64,000 nt of DNA from an uncultured Rhodoferax sp. (GTDB lineage: Bacteria > Pseudomonadota > Gammaproteobacteria > Burkholderiales > Burkholderiaceae_C). The position numbers and the translations under genes are program-made. The DNA is taken from assembly GCA_963974265.1 (NCBI GenBank), contig CAXBDR010000001.1:902-64901 (forward strand), written 5' to 3'. Below the pieces are notes generated by a model that saw nothing but the letters and a program-made list of their open reading frames with translations, did not search any database and was not told the DNA's origin. This document shows positions 39,250 to 49,219 of the stretch, one piece after another (positions within the stretch are counted from its first letter, which is position 1; each line of letters opens with the position of its first letter).

Positions 39250-40284
39250 CTATTCCTTCGCATGCCCCACCAGCTGCTTGCCCGACACCCCGGAGCGTGT
39301 CGGCCCGGCACGCTCTGCCTTCGGACTGCGCCCGAACGCGGTCCGGTAGCTGCGCGAGAAATGCGATGGCGACTCGAAACCGCAGGCGACGGCGATCGCG
39401 GCAATGCCCATGCCCGACTGCTGCAGCAGCGTGCGCGCCTGGGCCAACCGCAGGCCGCTGTAGAAGCGGTTCGGCGTGTCCGACAGGTGGGCGGCGAACA
39501 GCCGCTCGAGCTGGCGCCGCGTGACGCCGACCATGCGTGCCAGGTCATCGCAGGCCAGCGGATCCTCGATGTGGTTCTGCATCAGCGCGATAACCTGGAC
39601 CAGTTTGGCGTTATGCACCTGGTAGCGCGTCGTGATCTCCAGCTGCTGGTGGTCCGACGCACTGCGGATGCGTCCGAGCACGAACTGCTCCGACACCTGC
39701 ACGGCGAGATCATGGCCGTGCCGCGCAGCGATACGCGCCAGCATCATGTCGATGGCCGCCGTGCCGCCAGCGCAGGTGATGCAATGCGCGCCGATCTCGA
39801 ACAGTTCGCGGCTCAGCACGATGTGCGGAAAACGCTCGGAGAACGCCGCCTGCGCCTCCCAGTGCAGCGTCACCGGCCCGGCGCCGGCCACACCGGCCTC
39901 GGCCAGTACGAAGACACCGGTATCGACAGCCCCCATGGTGGCGCCGGCGCGTTGCGCCGCGCGCAGCCAGGCACCCAGGGGGGCATCGAAAGCCGCCAGC
40001 GGCTCGAACCCGGCCACGACGATGAGCCAGCGCAGCTGCGACGGCGCTTCGCGCGACAGGCCAGCGTCGACGTTGAGCGACATGCCGTTGCTGGCCGACA
40101 CCGCGGCGCCATCGGTCGACAGCAGCTGCCAGCGGTAAGCCCCGTGCTGGAACCGGTTCGCCACCCGCAGCGGCTCGATGGCAGACACAAAACCCATCAT
40201 CGAGAAACCCGGCATCAGCAGAAAGTGAACCTGCTCGCCATCGGGCGCGCCGGAGCGGGCCGTGGCCGGCGATGGGCTTGCCAT
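39250..40284 (-). CDS. cdhR: GlxA/AraC-family regulator, CdhR-like
   Basis: FLLMPGFSMMGFVSAIEPLRVANRF, ASNGMS, VAGFEPL, RRQLERLF, ACGFESPSHFSRSYR. Confidence 0.75.
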   Translation of the reverse strand: MASPSPATARSGAPDGEQVHFLLMPGFSMMGFVSAIEPLRVANRFQHGAYRWQLLSTDGAAVSASNGMSLNVDAGLSREAPSQLRWLIVVAGFEPLAAFDAPLGAWLRAAQRAGATMGAVDTGVFVLAEAGVAGAGPVTLHWEAQAAFSERFPHIVLSRELFEIGAHCITCAGGTAAIDMMLARIAARHGHDLAVQVSEQFVLGRIRSASDHQQLEITTRYQVHNAKLVQVIALMQNHIEDPLACDDLARMVGVTRRQLERLFAAHLSDTPNRFYSGLRLAQARTLLQQSGMGIAAIAVACGFESPSHFSRSYRTAFGRSPKAERAGPTRSGVSGKQLVGHAKE

Positions 40285-40304
40285 GTAGGTGCGTGCCCGG
40301 CCGA

Positions 40305-41048
40305 TCAGTCGGCGTAGTCCGGCTCGTCCCGGTCCAGGATGTCCTTGAGCGCCTGGAAGTGCAGTTCGGAAAACCGGGTCGGGTAGTTGTTCCACTGCCG
40401 CCCGGCCAGCGCCGCGACCGGCTCCGGCACCAGCGCCAGTGGCCGCCCGGTGGACAAGGCCAGCACCTGCAACTGCGCCGCCTTCTCCAGGTAATACAAC
40501 TCGTCGAAGGCCTGGGCCACCGTCGGCGCGACGACGAGCACGCCGTGGTTGCCCATGAACAACACGCTCTTGTTGCCGTCGAGCAGGCCGGCCACGCGCG
40601 CACCCTCGGACGCCTCGAGCGCCATACCGGCGTAGTCGCGGTCGTAGGCGATGCGGCCGTGGAAGCGGCAGGCGTTCTGGTCCAGCATCAGGAACGCGAA
40701 GTCCTGCAGGCAACACAGGGCGGTGGCATGCGGCATGTGGGTGTGCAGGATGCAGCGCGCCTGCGGCAGGCGCCGGTGCAGTTCGGCATGCAGGTACCAG
40801 GCCGTGGGATCGGGTGCGGCCGGGCCCTGCACCGCGTCCGGGTTGGCGGCGTCGAGCAGCAGCAGGTCGCTGGCGCGTATGCGCGAAAAATGCGCGCCGA
40901 CCGGGTTGAGCAGGAAGCGGCTGCCATCGTCTGACACCACGGCACTGAAATGGTTGGCAATCGACTCGTGCATGCCCAGTCGCGCGGCCCAGCGAAACGC
41001 GGCGGCCAGGTCGATGCGGATGCGGCTCTCCAGGGATGGCTGCGCCAT
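40305..41048 (-). CDS. Class II aldolase/adducin family protein
   Basis: RIDLAAAFR, NHFS, LHTHMPHA, MGNHGV. Confidence 0.9.
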   Translation of the reverse strand: MAQPSLESRIRIDLAAAFRWAARLGMHESIANHFSAVVSDDGSRFLLNPVGAHFSRIRASDLLLLDAANPDAVQGPAAPDPTAWYLHAELHRRLPQARCILHTHMPHATALCCLQDFAFLMLDQNACRFHGRIAYDRDYAGMALEASEGARVAGLLDGNKSVLFMGNHGVLVVAPTVAQAFDELYYLEKAAQLQVLALSTGRPLALVPEPVAALAGRQWNNYPTRFSELHFQALKDILDRDEPDYAD

Positions 41049-41212
41049 GATGATCTCCTCCATCGCGCTGCACGGAGATACACCCGACGCGTCGACTCGG
41101 ACATGCGTGGGGTCTTGCAGCACCTGCCTATACTGTATCGCGCGCCCGCTGCAACCGGGAATTTCCCGGCCTGCGCGGTGCCGCGACCGCCACACCCTTC
41201 GCACCCCATCCC

Positions 41213-42877
41213 ATGGACCAGCCTGTATTCGACACCATCATCGTGGGCGCGGGTACGGCCGGCTGCCTGCTCGCCAACCGGCTGAGCAAGGATCCGGCCC
41301 GGCGCGTGTTGCTGGTCGAGGCCGGCCGGCGCGACAACTACCCGTGGATCCACATTCCGGTCGGTTACCTGTATTGCATCGGCAACCCGCGCACCGACTG
41401 GCTCTACCAGACCGAAGCCGAGGCCGGGCTCAACGGCCGGCGCCTGCGGTATCCGCGCGGCAAGACTTTGGGCGGCTGCTCCTCGATCAACGGCATGATC
41501 TATATGCGCGGCCAGGCGCGCGACTACGATGGCTGGGCCGCACTGACTGGCGACGACGACTGGAGCTGGGCCAACAGCCTGGCCGACTTCAAGGCCCATG
41601 AAGACCATTTCCGGCGCGATGGCGGCGCCGACCCGCAACAAGGCGGCCGAGCGTTTTCCGAACTGCACGGCCACGGCGGCGAATGGCGCGTCGACAAGCA
41701 GCGCCTGCGCTGGGAAGTGCTCGAAGCCTTCGCCGCCGCCGCGACCGAGGCCGGCATCCCGGCGAGCAGCGACTTCAACACCGGGGACAACTTCGGCGTC
41801 GGATTCTTCGAGGTGAACCAGAAGGCCGGCTGGCGCTGGAACGCGTCCAAGGCCTTTCTGCGACCGATCCGAAGCCGCAGCAACCTGCAGGTCTGGACCG
41901 ACACCATGACCGAACGGCTGGTGTTCGACACCGGCGCGTCCGGCCAGCGCCGCTGCACCGGCGTGATGCTGCGCCGTGGTGGCCAGCGGTTGACGGTGAC
42001 GGCCGCCGCCGAGGTCATCCTGAGTGCCGGCGCCATCGGTTCGCCGCAGCTGCTGCAATGCTCGGGCATCGGCCCGGCCGATCTGCTCAAGCGCCATGGC
42101 GTCGATCTGGTGCAAGACTTGCCCGGAGTGGGCGCCAACCTGCAGGACCATCTGCAGATCCGCGCGGTGTTCAAGGTCCAGGGCGCGCGCACGCTCAACA
42201 CGCTGGCCAACAGCCTGGTCGGCAAGGCCGGGATCGGCCTGGAATACCTGTTGCGGCGCACCGGCCCGATGAGCATGGCGCCGAGCCAGCTCGGTGCCTT
42301 CACACGCTCCGACCCGCAGCGAGCGCATGCCAACCTCGAATACCACGTGCAGCCGCTGAGCCTGGACGCCTTCGGCGAGCCGCTGCACCGGTTCCCGGCC
42401 TTCACCGCCAGCGTCTGCAACCTGAACCCGACCAGCCGCGGCTCGGTCACGATCACCAGCGCCTCGGCCGATGACGCGCCAGCGATTGCGCCGCGCTACC
42501 TCAGCACCGACGAAGACCGCTTGATCGCCGCCGCCAGCCTGCGCCAGGTACGCCAGATCGCGGCGCAGCCGGCGCTGGCGCGGTACCGGCCCGAAGAATG
42601 GAAGCCGGGCGTGCAGTTCCAGAGCGACGAAGAACTGGCGCGCCTGGCCGGCGACATTGCCACGACGATATTTCATCCGGTCGGCACCGCGAAGATGGGG
42701 CGCGCCGACGACCCCATGGCCGTCGTCGATTCCCAGTTGCGCGTGCGCGGCGTCGACGGCCTGCGCGTGGTCGACGCCAGCGTGATGCCCACCATCACCA
42801 GCGGCAACACCAACGCTCCCACCTTGATGATCGCCGAGAAGGCCGCGCGCCGGATCATCGGGCAGGCCCGGCCATGA
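41213..42877 (+). CDS. GMC family FAD oxidoreductase (choline-dehydrogenase-like)
   Basis: GAGTAG, RGKTLGGCSSINGM, GANLQDH, FHPVGT, SGNTNAP. Confidence 0.93.
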   Translation: MDQPVFDTIIVGAGTAGCLLANRLSKDPARRVLLVEAGRRDNYPWIHIPVGYLYCIGNPRTDWLYQTEAEAGLNGRRLRYPRGKTLGGCSSINGMIYMRGQARDYDGWAALTGDDDWSWANSLADFKAHEDHFRRDGGADPQQGGRAFSELHGHGGEWRVDKQRLRWEVLEAFAAAATEAGIPASSDFNTGDNFGVGFFEVNQKAGWRWNASKAFLRPIRSRSNLQVWTDTMTERLVFDTGASGQRRCTGVMLRRGGQRLTVTAAAEVILSAGAIGSPQLLQCSGIGPADLLKRHGVDLVQDLPGVGANLQDHLQIRAVFKVQGARTLNTLANSLVGKAGIGLEYLLRRTGPMSMAPSQLGAFTRSDPQRAHANLEYHVQPLSLDAFGEPLHRFPAFTASVCNLNPTSRGSVTITSASADDAPAIAPRYLSTDEDRLIAAASLRQVRQIAAQPALARYRPEEWKPGVQFQSDEELARLAGDIATTIFHPVGTAKMGRADDPMAVVDSQLRVRGVDGLRVVDASVMPTITSGNTNAPTLMIAEKAARRIIGQARP

Positions 42878-44124
42878 ACGACGCCAGCCCCTCGCCGGTG
42901 CTGGCGGCCGTCGCCGCCGAACTCGCGCGCGAACGCCTGTTCGGCCCGTCGCACGACTGGTCGCTCGAGTCTGTGGCGACCTGGCTCTACACCGAGGGAC
43001 GTTTCATCGCCGACCCGATGACGATGACCGAAGTGCTGATGGAAAAACTCGATGCGGCCGGCGCCCGCATCGACCGCCTGCGCATCAGCTGCGGCACCCT
43101 GCATCCGCAGCTGGCGGCCGTGGGCCTGAGCTGGACGCGCGAGGATGGCGCCCGGTTCTGGTCTGGCGCGCACGGCGTGCAACAGACCGACGCCTACATC
43201 GGCAGCCCGATCCAGCATGTGCACCAGAACGCCACGCCGCTGCACCAGCGCATCGATCCCCGGCCGCAGGACGGCGAACATCCGATCTGGCAGGAGCTGC
43301 GCGCCGCCGGCGTGCGCGACTACCTGGCCATGCCGATGATCTTCGCCGACCGTACCGTCAACGTGATGACGGTGTCGACCCGCGACCCCGAGGGTTTCAG
43401 CGACGACGACGTGGCCCGGCTGCTGGCGCTGACCAACCTGCTGACGCCGCACATGGAGCTGCTGGTGATGCGCCGCACCGTGCTGGGCCTGCTCGACACC
43501 TTCGTCGGCAAGCGCATCAGCCAGCGCATCCTGCAGGGCCAGGTCAAGCGGGGCGACGGCGAGAAGATCTCGGCCGCGTTCTGGTATTCCGACCTGCGCG
43601 GCTTCACCGCACTGAGCGAGACGCTGCCCGTCGACCAGATGCTGCGCCTGCTCAACGACTACTACGAATACTGCGCCGCGGCCGCGGCCGCCCGCGGCGG
43701 CGAGATCCTGCAGTTCATCGGCGACGCCATCCTGATCGTGTTCGAGATCAAGGATCCGGCGCGCACCGCCGAGGTCTGTGCCGCCGCGCTCGACGCGGCG
43801 GTGGACGCCTTCGACACCATTGCCGTGGTCAACAACCGGCGCCGACGCGCGCGGCAACCGACCATCGAATTCGGGCTCGGACTGCACCTGGGCACGGTCA
43901 CCCACGCCAACGTCGGCGCGCCGAACCGGCTCGCCTTCAACGTCGTCGGACCGGCGGTCAACATGACGGCGCGGATCCAGGAAATGACCAAGTCGCTGCT
44001 GATACCGCTGCTGATGTCGCGAGAATTCGCGCAACAGGTGCAACATCCGGTGGAAAGCGTCGGGCGCCACGATTTGCGCGGCATCGCCAAGACCCAGGAG
44101 TTGTTCCGACTGCGCGAGCTCTGA
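42874..44124 (+). CDS. Class III nucleotidyl cyclase with N-terminal GAF-like region
   Basis: SDLRGFT, QFIGDA, GLHLG, VGPAVNMTAR, LRG; ATGA overlap with the GMC gene. Confidence 0.88.
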   Translation: MNDASPSPVLAAVAAELARERLFGPSHDWSLESVATWLYTEGRFIADPMTMTEVLMEKLDAAGARIDRLRISCGTLHPQLAAVGLSWTREDGARFWSGAHGVQQTDAYIGSPIQHVHQNATPLHQRIDPRPQDGEHPIWQELRAAGVRDYLAMPMIFADRTVNVMTVSTRDPEGFSDDDVARLLALTNLLTPHMELLVMRRTVLGLLDTFVGKRISQRILQGQVKRGDGEKISAAFWYSDLRGFTALSETLPVDQMLRLLNDYYEYCAAAAAARGGEILQFIGDAILIVFEIKDPARTAEVCAAALDAAVDAFDTIAVVNNRRRRARQPTIEFGLGLHLGTVTHANVGAPNRLAFNVVGPAVNMTARIQEMTKSLLIPLLMSREFAQQVQHPVESVGRHDLRGIAKTQELFRLREL

Positions 44125-44197
44125 GCGCCAGCCCGATGGTCTTGGCGTACCATCCGGACAACAACGTCACCGGTCCCGCTCGCCGCGGGGTGTCGCC

Positions 44198-44581
44198 ATG
44201 AACCTCGAGAAAGTGATCTTCGGCGCGTTCGTCATCCTGGCCTGCACGCTCAACTTCGGATTCTTCGTCGGCGAGATCGGCAATCCGCAGCACCACCACC
44301 AGCTCGAACTCGCGGGCACCGTGTTCGTCAACCTGATCGCGATGATCCTGAAGTTCGGCGACCGCACCCACATCGGTGCGGTGCATCTGGCCACCAGCAT
44401 CGTCGCCGTGTTGCAACTCATCGCCGCCTCGCTGGTCTGGATGTGGGCGACCCGCGTGGCCGGCATGCCGACCGAGGGCGAAGTCATGGCCACCGTGGTG
44501 TCGCTGTCGGGTGGCGCGCTGGTGGCGAACTTCATCTCGGTGGCGCTGCTGATCGGCGAGACCATGCGCCGCACACGCTGA
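44198..44581 (+). CDS. Small membrane protein (DUF6394-like)
   Basis: MNLEKVIFG..TLNFGFF..LKFGDRT..LATS; about four TM segments. Confidence 0.7.
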   Translation: MNLEKVIFGAFVILACTLNFGFFVGEIGNPQHHHQLELAGTVFVNLIAMILKFGDRTHIGAVHLATSIVAVLQLIAASLVWMWATRVAGMPTEGEVMATVVSLSGGALVANFISVALLIGETMRRTR

Positions 44582-44606
44582 GCGCACGACGCCGCGGGGC
44601 TGGACG

Positions 44607-46304
44607 GTGTCGGACATCCTCGTACTCGTGTTGCGGCGCCTGCGGGCGCCGCTGATCACGCTGATCGCCGTCTACGCGATCGCGATCTTCGGGCTGGTGC
44701 TGATGCCGGGAACCGACCCGTCGGGCCAGCCCTGGCGCCTGAGCGTCTTCGACGCCTTCTACGTCATGACCTACACCGCGACGACGATCGGCTTCGGCGA
44801 GGTGCCCTACCCGTTCTCGTATGCGCAGCGCCTGTGGATGACGCTGTCGATCTACCTGTCGGTCGTCGGCTGGGCCTACACGCTGGGATCGGTGTTCGCG
44901 CTGACCCGGCATCCGGCGTTCAAGCTGGCGCTGCGGCACCATCGGTTCGAGCGCAGCGTGGCGCGCATGACCGAGCGTTTCTATGTCGTGTGCGGCTACG
45001 GGCAAAGTGGCCGACGGCTGGTCGCCGCGCTCGACCGCATCGGTTACGGCACCGTCGTGATCGAGCAGGACGAGGAACGCACGCGGGCGCACCTGGTCAG
45101 CGACATGCAACAGCCCACCGCCTTGCTGGTGGCCGATGCCCGCGCACCCGACGTGTTGCTGACGGCCGGCATCCGCATGCCCAACTGCATGGGGCTGATC
45201 GCGCTCACCGGCGACGACCAGGTCAACCAGGCCATCGTGATCGGCGCGCGGGCCCTGGCCAAGGACTGCCGTCTGCTGGCGCGGGTGAAATCCGAAGCCG
45301 CGCGGGACATGCTCAGCGAGTTCGGCAACGTGATCGTCGTCAACCCGTTCGACAGCTTCGGACTGAACTTCGCGATGGCGCTGTCCAAGCCCGATACCTT
45401 GCGGCTCGAGGACTGGATTACCGGTGTGCCGGGTGCCGAGCCGCCGCCGCGCTTCGTGTTGCCGCATGGGCATTGGGTGATCGCGGGCTACGGCCGCTTC
45501 GGCCACGCGGTCGCCCAGGCCCTGGCCGACGCCGGTCTCACCTGGAAGGCGATCGACATCGATCCGGCGCAATGCAGCGAAGACGGCATCGTCGGCAACA
45601 GCGTGGCCGAGGAGGCCCTGCGCCGCGCCGGCATCGAGCAGGCCTGTGGCCTGGTTGCCTGCACCGATGTCGACGCCAGCAACCTGGCGGTGATCATCGC
45701 GGCGCGGCGCTGCCACAAGAAGTTGTTCGTCGTGGTGCGCCAGAACCTGGTCGGCAACCGCGCGCTGATCGAGGCGGCACACGCCGACATGGAGTTCGTG
45801 CAGGCACAGCTGATGACCAACGAAGTCCTGCAGGAGATGACCACGCCGCTGCTCAACCGCTTCCTGCTGCGCGCGCGCAATCAGCCGAACGCCTGGGCCG
45901 TCGGGCTGATCCAGCGCCTGCGCGAGGTGGTCGGCGACAAGGTGCCGTATATCTGGGGCGTGCGTATCGCGCCGGAACTGGTGGGTGTCGCCCATGTGTT
46001 CGGCGAACGGCCCGAGCCGCCGTTCGCGTTGTCGCACCTGTTGGCCGATCCGCTGCAGCGCAGCGCCAAGCTGCCGGTCGTCGCGCTGATGCTCAGCCGC
46101 GGTGGCAACGACATCTTGCTGCCCGACGTCAACCTGCCGCTGGCGAAAAACGACCGGATCGTCTTCGCCGGCACCCACATGGTCGAGCAGCTGCAACGGC
46201 GCACGCTCGCCGATGACGTCGTGATCGATTACCTGCGCACCGGCCGCGAGCCGCCGCGCACCTGGCTCGGCCGGCTGCTGATGCGCGACGACACCCGCGC
46301 CTGA
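44607..46304 (+). CDS. Potassium channel with two RCK/TrkA-N domains
   Basis: TATTIGFGE filter; VCGYGQSG and IAGYGRFG Rossmann motifs. Confidence 0.88.
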   Translation: MSDILVLVLRRLRAPLITLIAVYAIAIFGLVLMPGTDPSGQPWRLSVFDAFYVMTYTATTIGFGEVPYPFSYAQRLWMTLSIYLSVVGWAYTLGSVFALTRHPAFKLALRHHRFERSVARMTERFYVVCGYGQSGRRLVAALDRIGYGTVVIEQDEERTRAHLVSDMQQPTALLVADARAPDVLLTAGIRMPNCMGLIALTGDDQVNQAIVIGARALAKDCRLLARVKSEAARDMLSEFGNVIVVNPFDSFGLNFAMALSKPDTLRLEDWITGVPGAEPPPRFVLPHGHWVIAGYGRFGHAVAQALADAGLTWKAIDIDPAQCSEDGIVGNSVAEEALRRAGIEQACGLVACTDVDASNLAVIIAARRCHKKLFVVVRQNLVGNRALIEAAHADMEFVQAQLMTNEVLQEMTTPLLNRFLLRARNQPNAWAVGLIQRLREVVGDKVPYIWGVRIAPELVGVAHVFGERPEPPFALSHLLADPLQRSAKLPVVALMLSRGGNDILLPDVNLPLAKNDRIVFAGTHMVEQLQRRTLADDVVIDYLRTGREPPRTWLGRLLMRDDTRA

Positions 46305-46331
46305 TGGCAATGGCACCGGCGCCCGGCCGGC

Positions 46332-47498
46332 TCAGCGCACCGGCACGCCGACAAACGCATCGCGCGCAAGCACGAGCGCGCGCACGATGGCGCCGATCTC
46401 GTCGTCCCGCAGCGGCACCAGCTCCAGCACCAGCTGTCCATGGGCCAGTTGGTGCTCCATGACCCGGATCGACGGTGTGCCGTCGCGCAGATGGCCGGCC
46501 AGCCACTGCGCCGTCCAACCGGGCCGCGCCGGATCGTCGACCGACACGACGACGCGCGAGAACGGCATGCCGGCCGGATCCGGCACCGCTTCGACCCGCA
46601 GGCCGGCGATCGATGCCAGCGCCTGGACGAACGCCTCGACCTTGCGGCGCTGCGCGTCGCGCCAGGCGGGAAGGTCGAGCGCCGCACGGTGCTCCAGGGC
46701 CGCCAGCACTCCGACGATGGCCTCCTTGCCGGCCTTCATCGCACGCCCGATGCCTTTCTCCTGGGCCCGGAACGCGCGTACGAACTCCGCCGTGCCCACG
46801 ACCAGCCCCGCGGTTGGTGATGCCAGGTACTTGTGCGCACTGGCCAGCACCGCGTCGGCCCCACTGGCCAGCAGCTCCGGCACGCGCATGTCCTGCGCCG
46901 CACCGTCGATGACGACCGGCACGCCGCGCGCATGCGCCAGCCGCACCGCCACCGCCAGATCCGGACCCTGGCCGCGCACCAGGCGCGACGAGACCAGCAG
47001 CAGGCAGGCGACGGCGTCCTGCGCCAGCGCCTGCTCCAGGTCCTGCGGGCTGCACTGCTGCGGCGTGCCGGCCAGCACCGGTGTCGCGCCGGCCAGCCGG
47101 ATGTCGGTCAGGATCGGATGCCCGTAGTCGATGGCGTGGCCGGCCGGCAACACGACCTTGTCGGGCATGCCGCGGCTGTCCGGCAGCGCGGCCACGGCCT
47201 GCGGCGTGTCGCCGGCCATCGCCGCGGCCACCGCCATCGTGATGCCGGCGGCCACGCAATGCGTCACCGCACCGGCCTGCGCACCGCTCCAGTCGGCCAG
47301 CGCCCGGCTGGCCAGCGACTGCAGCTCGTCGATGACGAAAAACGCCTGCAGCGATTGCGCCACGGCATCCGCGACCGCCGGCGGCGAACGCGAGACACCG
47401 AGCGGCGTGAAGGTGCCCGCGGCATTGATGACCGGATGCAGGCCGAGACGGGCGTGGATGGTGGATGCGGCGAAAGGGCTTGTGCTTGCAGTGTTCAT
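46332..47498 (-). CDS. SelA-like PLP-dependent enzyme (DgaE/SelA family)
   Basis: VINAAGTFTPLG, DGAAQ, SAHKYL, GIGRAMKAGKE. Confidence 0.82.
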   Translation of the reverse strand: MNTASTSPFAASTIHARLGLHPVINAAGTFTPLGVSRSPPAVADAVAQSLQAFFVIDELQSLASRALADWSGAQAGAVTHCVAAGITMAVAAAMAGDTPQAVAALPDSRGMPDKVVLPAGHAIDYGHPILTDIRLAGATPVLAGTPQQCSPQDLEQALAQDAVACLLLVSSRLVRGQGPDLAVAVRLAHARGVPVVIDGAAQDMRVPELLASGADAVLASAHKYLASPTAGLVVGTAEFVRAFRAQEKGIGRAMKAGKEAIVGVLAALEHRAALDLPAWRDAQRRKVEAFVQALASIAGLRVEAVPDPAGMPFSRVVVSVDDPARPGWTAQWLAGHLRDGTPSIRVMEHQLAHGQLVLELVPLRDDEIGAIVRALVLARDAFVGVPVR

Positions 47499-47947
47499 GG
47501 CGTCGATGATCGGGGCGGGGCATCCGCCGTGGTGTCGGAGATCAGCCGCTTGCCCAGGCTCACGACTTCGTCCTGCAGGTAACCCAGCGCCCGGTAGAAA
47601 TCGAGCACCTGGGTATTGCCGCTGCGCACCTGCAGGTTGAGCTTGGGACAACCCAGCGCCAGCAGCCGCCGCTCGACCTCCCGCATCAAGGCCTCGCCAT
47701 GGCCCCGGCGCCGCCAGTCAGGATGCACCGCCAGGTAGTTGACCCAGCCGCGGTGGCCGTCGTAACCAGCCATGGCGCTGGCCATCAACACGCCGTCTTG
47801 GATGCCGACCAGGAACAGATCGCGCTGCACCGCCAGCTTGCGCGCGATGTCCCGCGCCGGATCGTTCCAGGGGCGTGTCAGCCCGCAGGCCTGCCACAAG
47901 GCGACGACGGCCGGGCCGTCGGGCTCGTCGAACGGGCGGATCAACAT
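47495..47947 (-). CDS. GNAT acetyltransferase (YpeA-like)
   Basis: LTRPWNDP, GYDGHRGWVNYLAVHP, GCPKLNLQVR. Confidence 0.9.
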   Translation of the reverse strand: MLIRPFDEPDGPAVVALWQACGLTRPWNDPARDIARKLAVQRDLFLVGIQDGVLMASAMAGYDGHRGWVNYLAVHPDWRRRGHGEALMREVERRLLALGCPKLNLQVRSGNTQVLDFYRALGYLQDEVVSLGKRLISDTTADAPPRSSTP

Positions 47948-48008
47948 CGTCGCGGCGTGCATATGGCGCCTGTCCTGCGCCGGGCCGAGCGGCCGCGGAG
48001 CAGACAAG

Positions 48009-48110
48009 TGGGGTCCCCCACGGAACTGGCTCTGCCAGGCCGTCGGGGGTGCCCCCCACTGGGAGGTTCGGCCGGTTTACACGCAGTGAAACCGGACAGA
48101 CGGGGGGCGT
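48009..48110. repeat. Multi-hairpin REP/MITE-like intergenic element
   Basis: GTGGGGtCCCCCAC, TGGCtctGCCA, GGGGGtgCCCCC, CCGGTTT..AAACCGG; similar CTGGCTTCGCCAGGCC core at ~56481. Confidence 0.55.
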
Positions 48111-48118
48111 CCTTCATC

Positions 48119-48541
48119 TCATCTTTGCGGCATGCTGTGCCACCAGATGCGGCACTCGGCGCACAGGCCATCGGCGAAACGGGCCTGCAAGGCGCCGTCG
48201 AGCACCATGCGCGGCAGCGGCTCGCCCGGCTGGCGCGCCGGCACACTGGTGCCGGTCGATGCGGCCCAGATGCGGAACAGTTCCTCCGACGTCACCTGGT
48301 AGGTGACGTGCCAATGCGCCAGACCCGCATCCGGCAGGCTCGCCAGCACCTCGTAACGCAGCTGCACGTCGGACTGCAGCTCGACACGGCTCCAGTAGGC
48401 GGCCAGCTCGGCATGGCCGCGCTGGCTGGCGAACGGCGTGTTGTGGTAGATGCCGTCGGGATGGAACAAGGCGGCAAACATCGCCTTGTCGCGGGCCTCC
48501 CAGGCTGCCTTGTAGCCTTGCATGAAACCGGTGATGTCCAA
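48119..48541 (-). CDS. SnoaL/NTF2-like protein
   Basis: YKAAWEARD..LFHPDGIYHNTPF..RIWWH; TTG start with GGAGG RBS. Confidence 0.8.
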   Translation of the reverse strand: MDITGFMQGYKAAWEARDKAMFAALFHPDGIYHNTPFASQRGHAELAAYWSRVELQSDVQLRYEVLASLPDAGLAHWHVTYQVTSEELFRIWAASTGTSVPARQPGEPLPRMVLDGALQARFADGLCAECRIWWHSMPQR

Positions 48542-48693
48542 GGGACCTCCTGCTCGTTGTTGCATCCGCGGCGACAAGCGCGGGTAAGCCGACTGCTTGC
48601 TCGTGCCACTGTGCGCGGGCCGCCTCGTCGGTTCTGTCGAATCCCAGCTCCTCGGCTGCGACGCGATCCGGCACTGGGCCGGGGCTCAAAGGC

Positions 48694-49215
48694 CTACTGT
48701 ATATCGGCCGGGGACGAACCCAGCGGCGCCACCATCAGGTGGAAAGTGTTGCGCAGTCCCGCCTTGCGAAAGCCGCAGGACTCGTACATCCGGATCGCCG
48801 GGTTCTGCGGATGCACGGTCAGCGACACCTGGCGGTAACCGGCGCCGCGCGCCGCGTCCAGCGCGGCAAGCATCATCGGCCGGCCGACGCCCTGGCGCTG
48901 CCAGGGCGGCAACACGGCAATACCCAATTGCGGCGTCGCGTCGTCGACATACGCCAGGCCTTGCCCGTCGGGCACCAGACGCATCCAGCAGGCACCGACC
49001 GGGATTGCGTCGGCGCCCGGCTGTTCGGCCATCACGCCGACGTCGCCGGCGCGGCCCCAGGACTCGGCGTAGATGCGCACGCGCGGGGTGTCCAGCACCG
49101 CCCTTGGGCGCAGCGGCGCCGGTGGCGGGTCCCACAAGGCCACGTGCAGGATCTCCCACAACACTGCCTGGTCGGCCGCGCGCATCGGACGAAAAACAAG
49201 ACCCTGCGGCGCCAT
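48694..49215 (-). CDS. GNAT acetyltransferase
   Basis: AVLPPWQRQGVG, NPAIRMYESCGF. Confidence 0.88.
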   Translation of the reverse strand: MAPQGLVFRPMRAADQAVLWEILHVALWDPPPAPLRPRAVLDTPRVRIYAESWGRAGDVGVMAEQPGADAIPVGACWMRLVPDGQGLAYVDDATPQLGIAVLPPWQRQGVGRPMMLAALDAARGAGYRQVSLTVHPQNPAIRMYESCGFRKAGLRNTFHLMVAPLGSSPADIQ

Positions 49216-49219
49216 GGTG

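Noticed and set aside
41213-42877. Naming the gene betA
   Set aside because: Generic GMC motifs only and no betB/betI adjacent; substrate cannot be assigned
46332-47498. True selenocysteine synthase selA
   Set aside because: Shorter protein, no selB/selC/selD context; fits the SelA-like lyase family better
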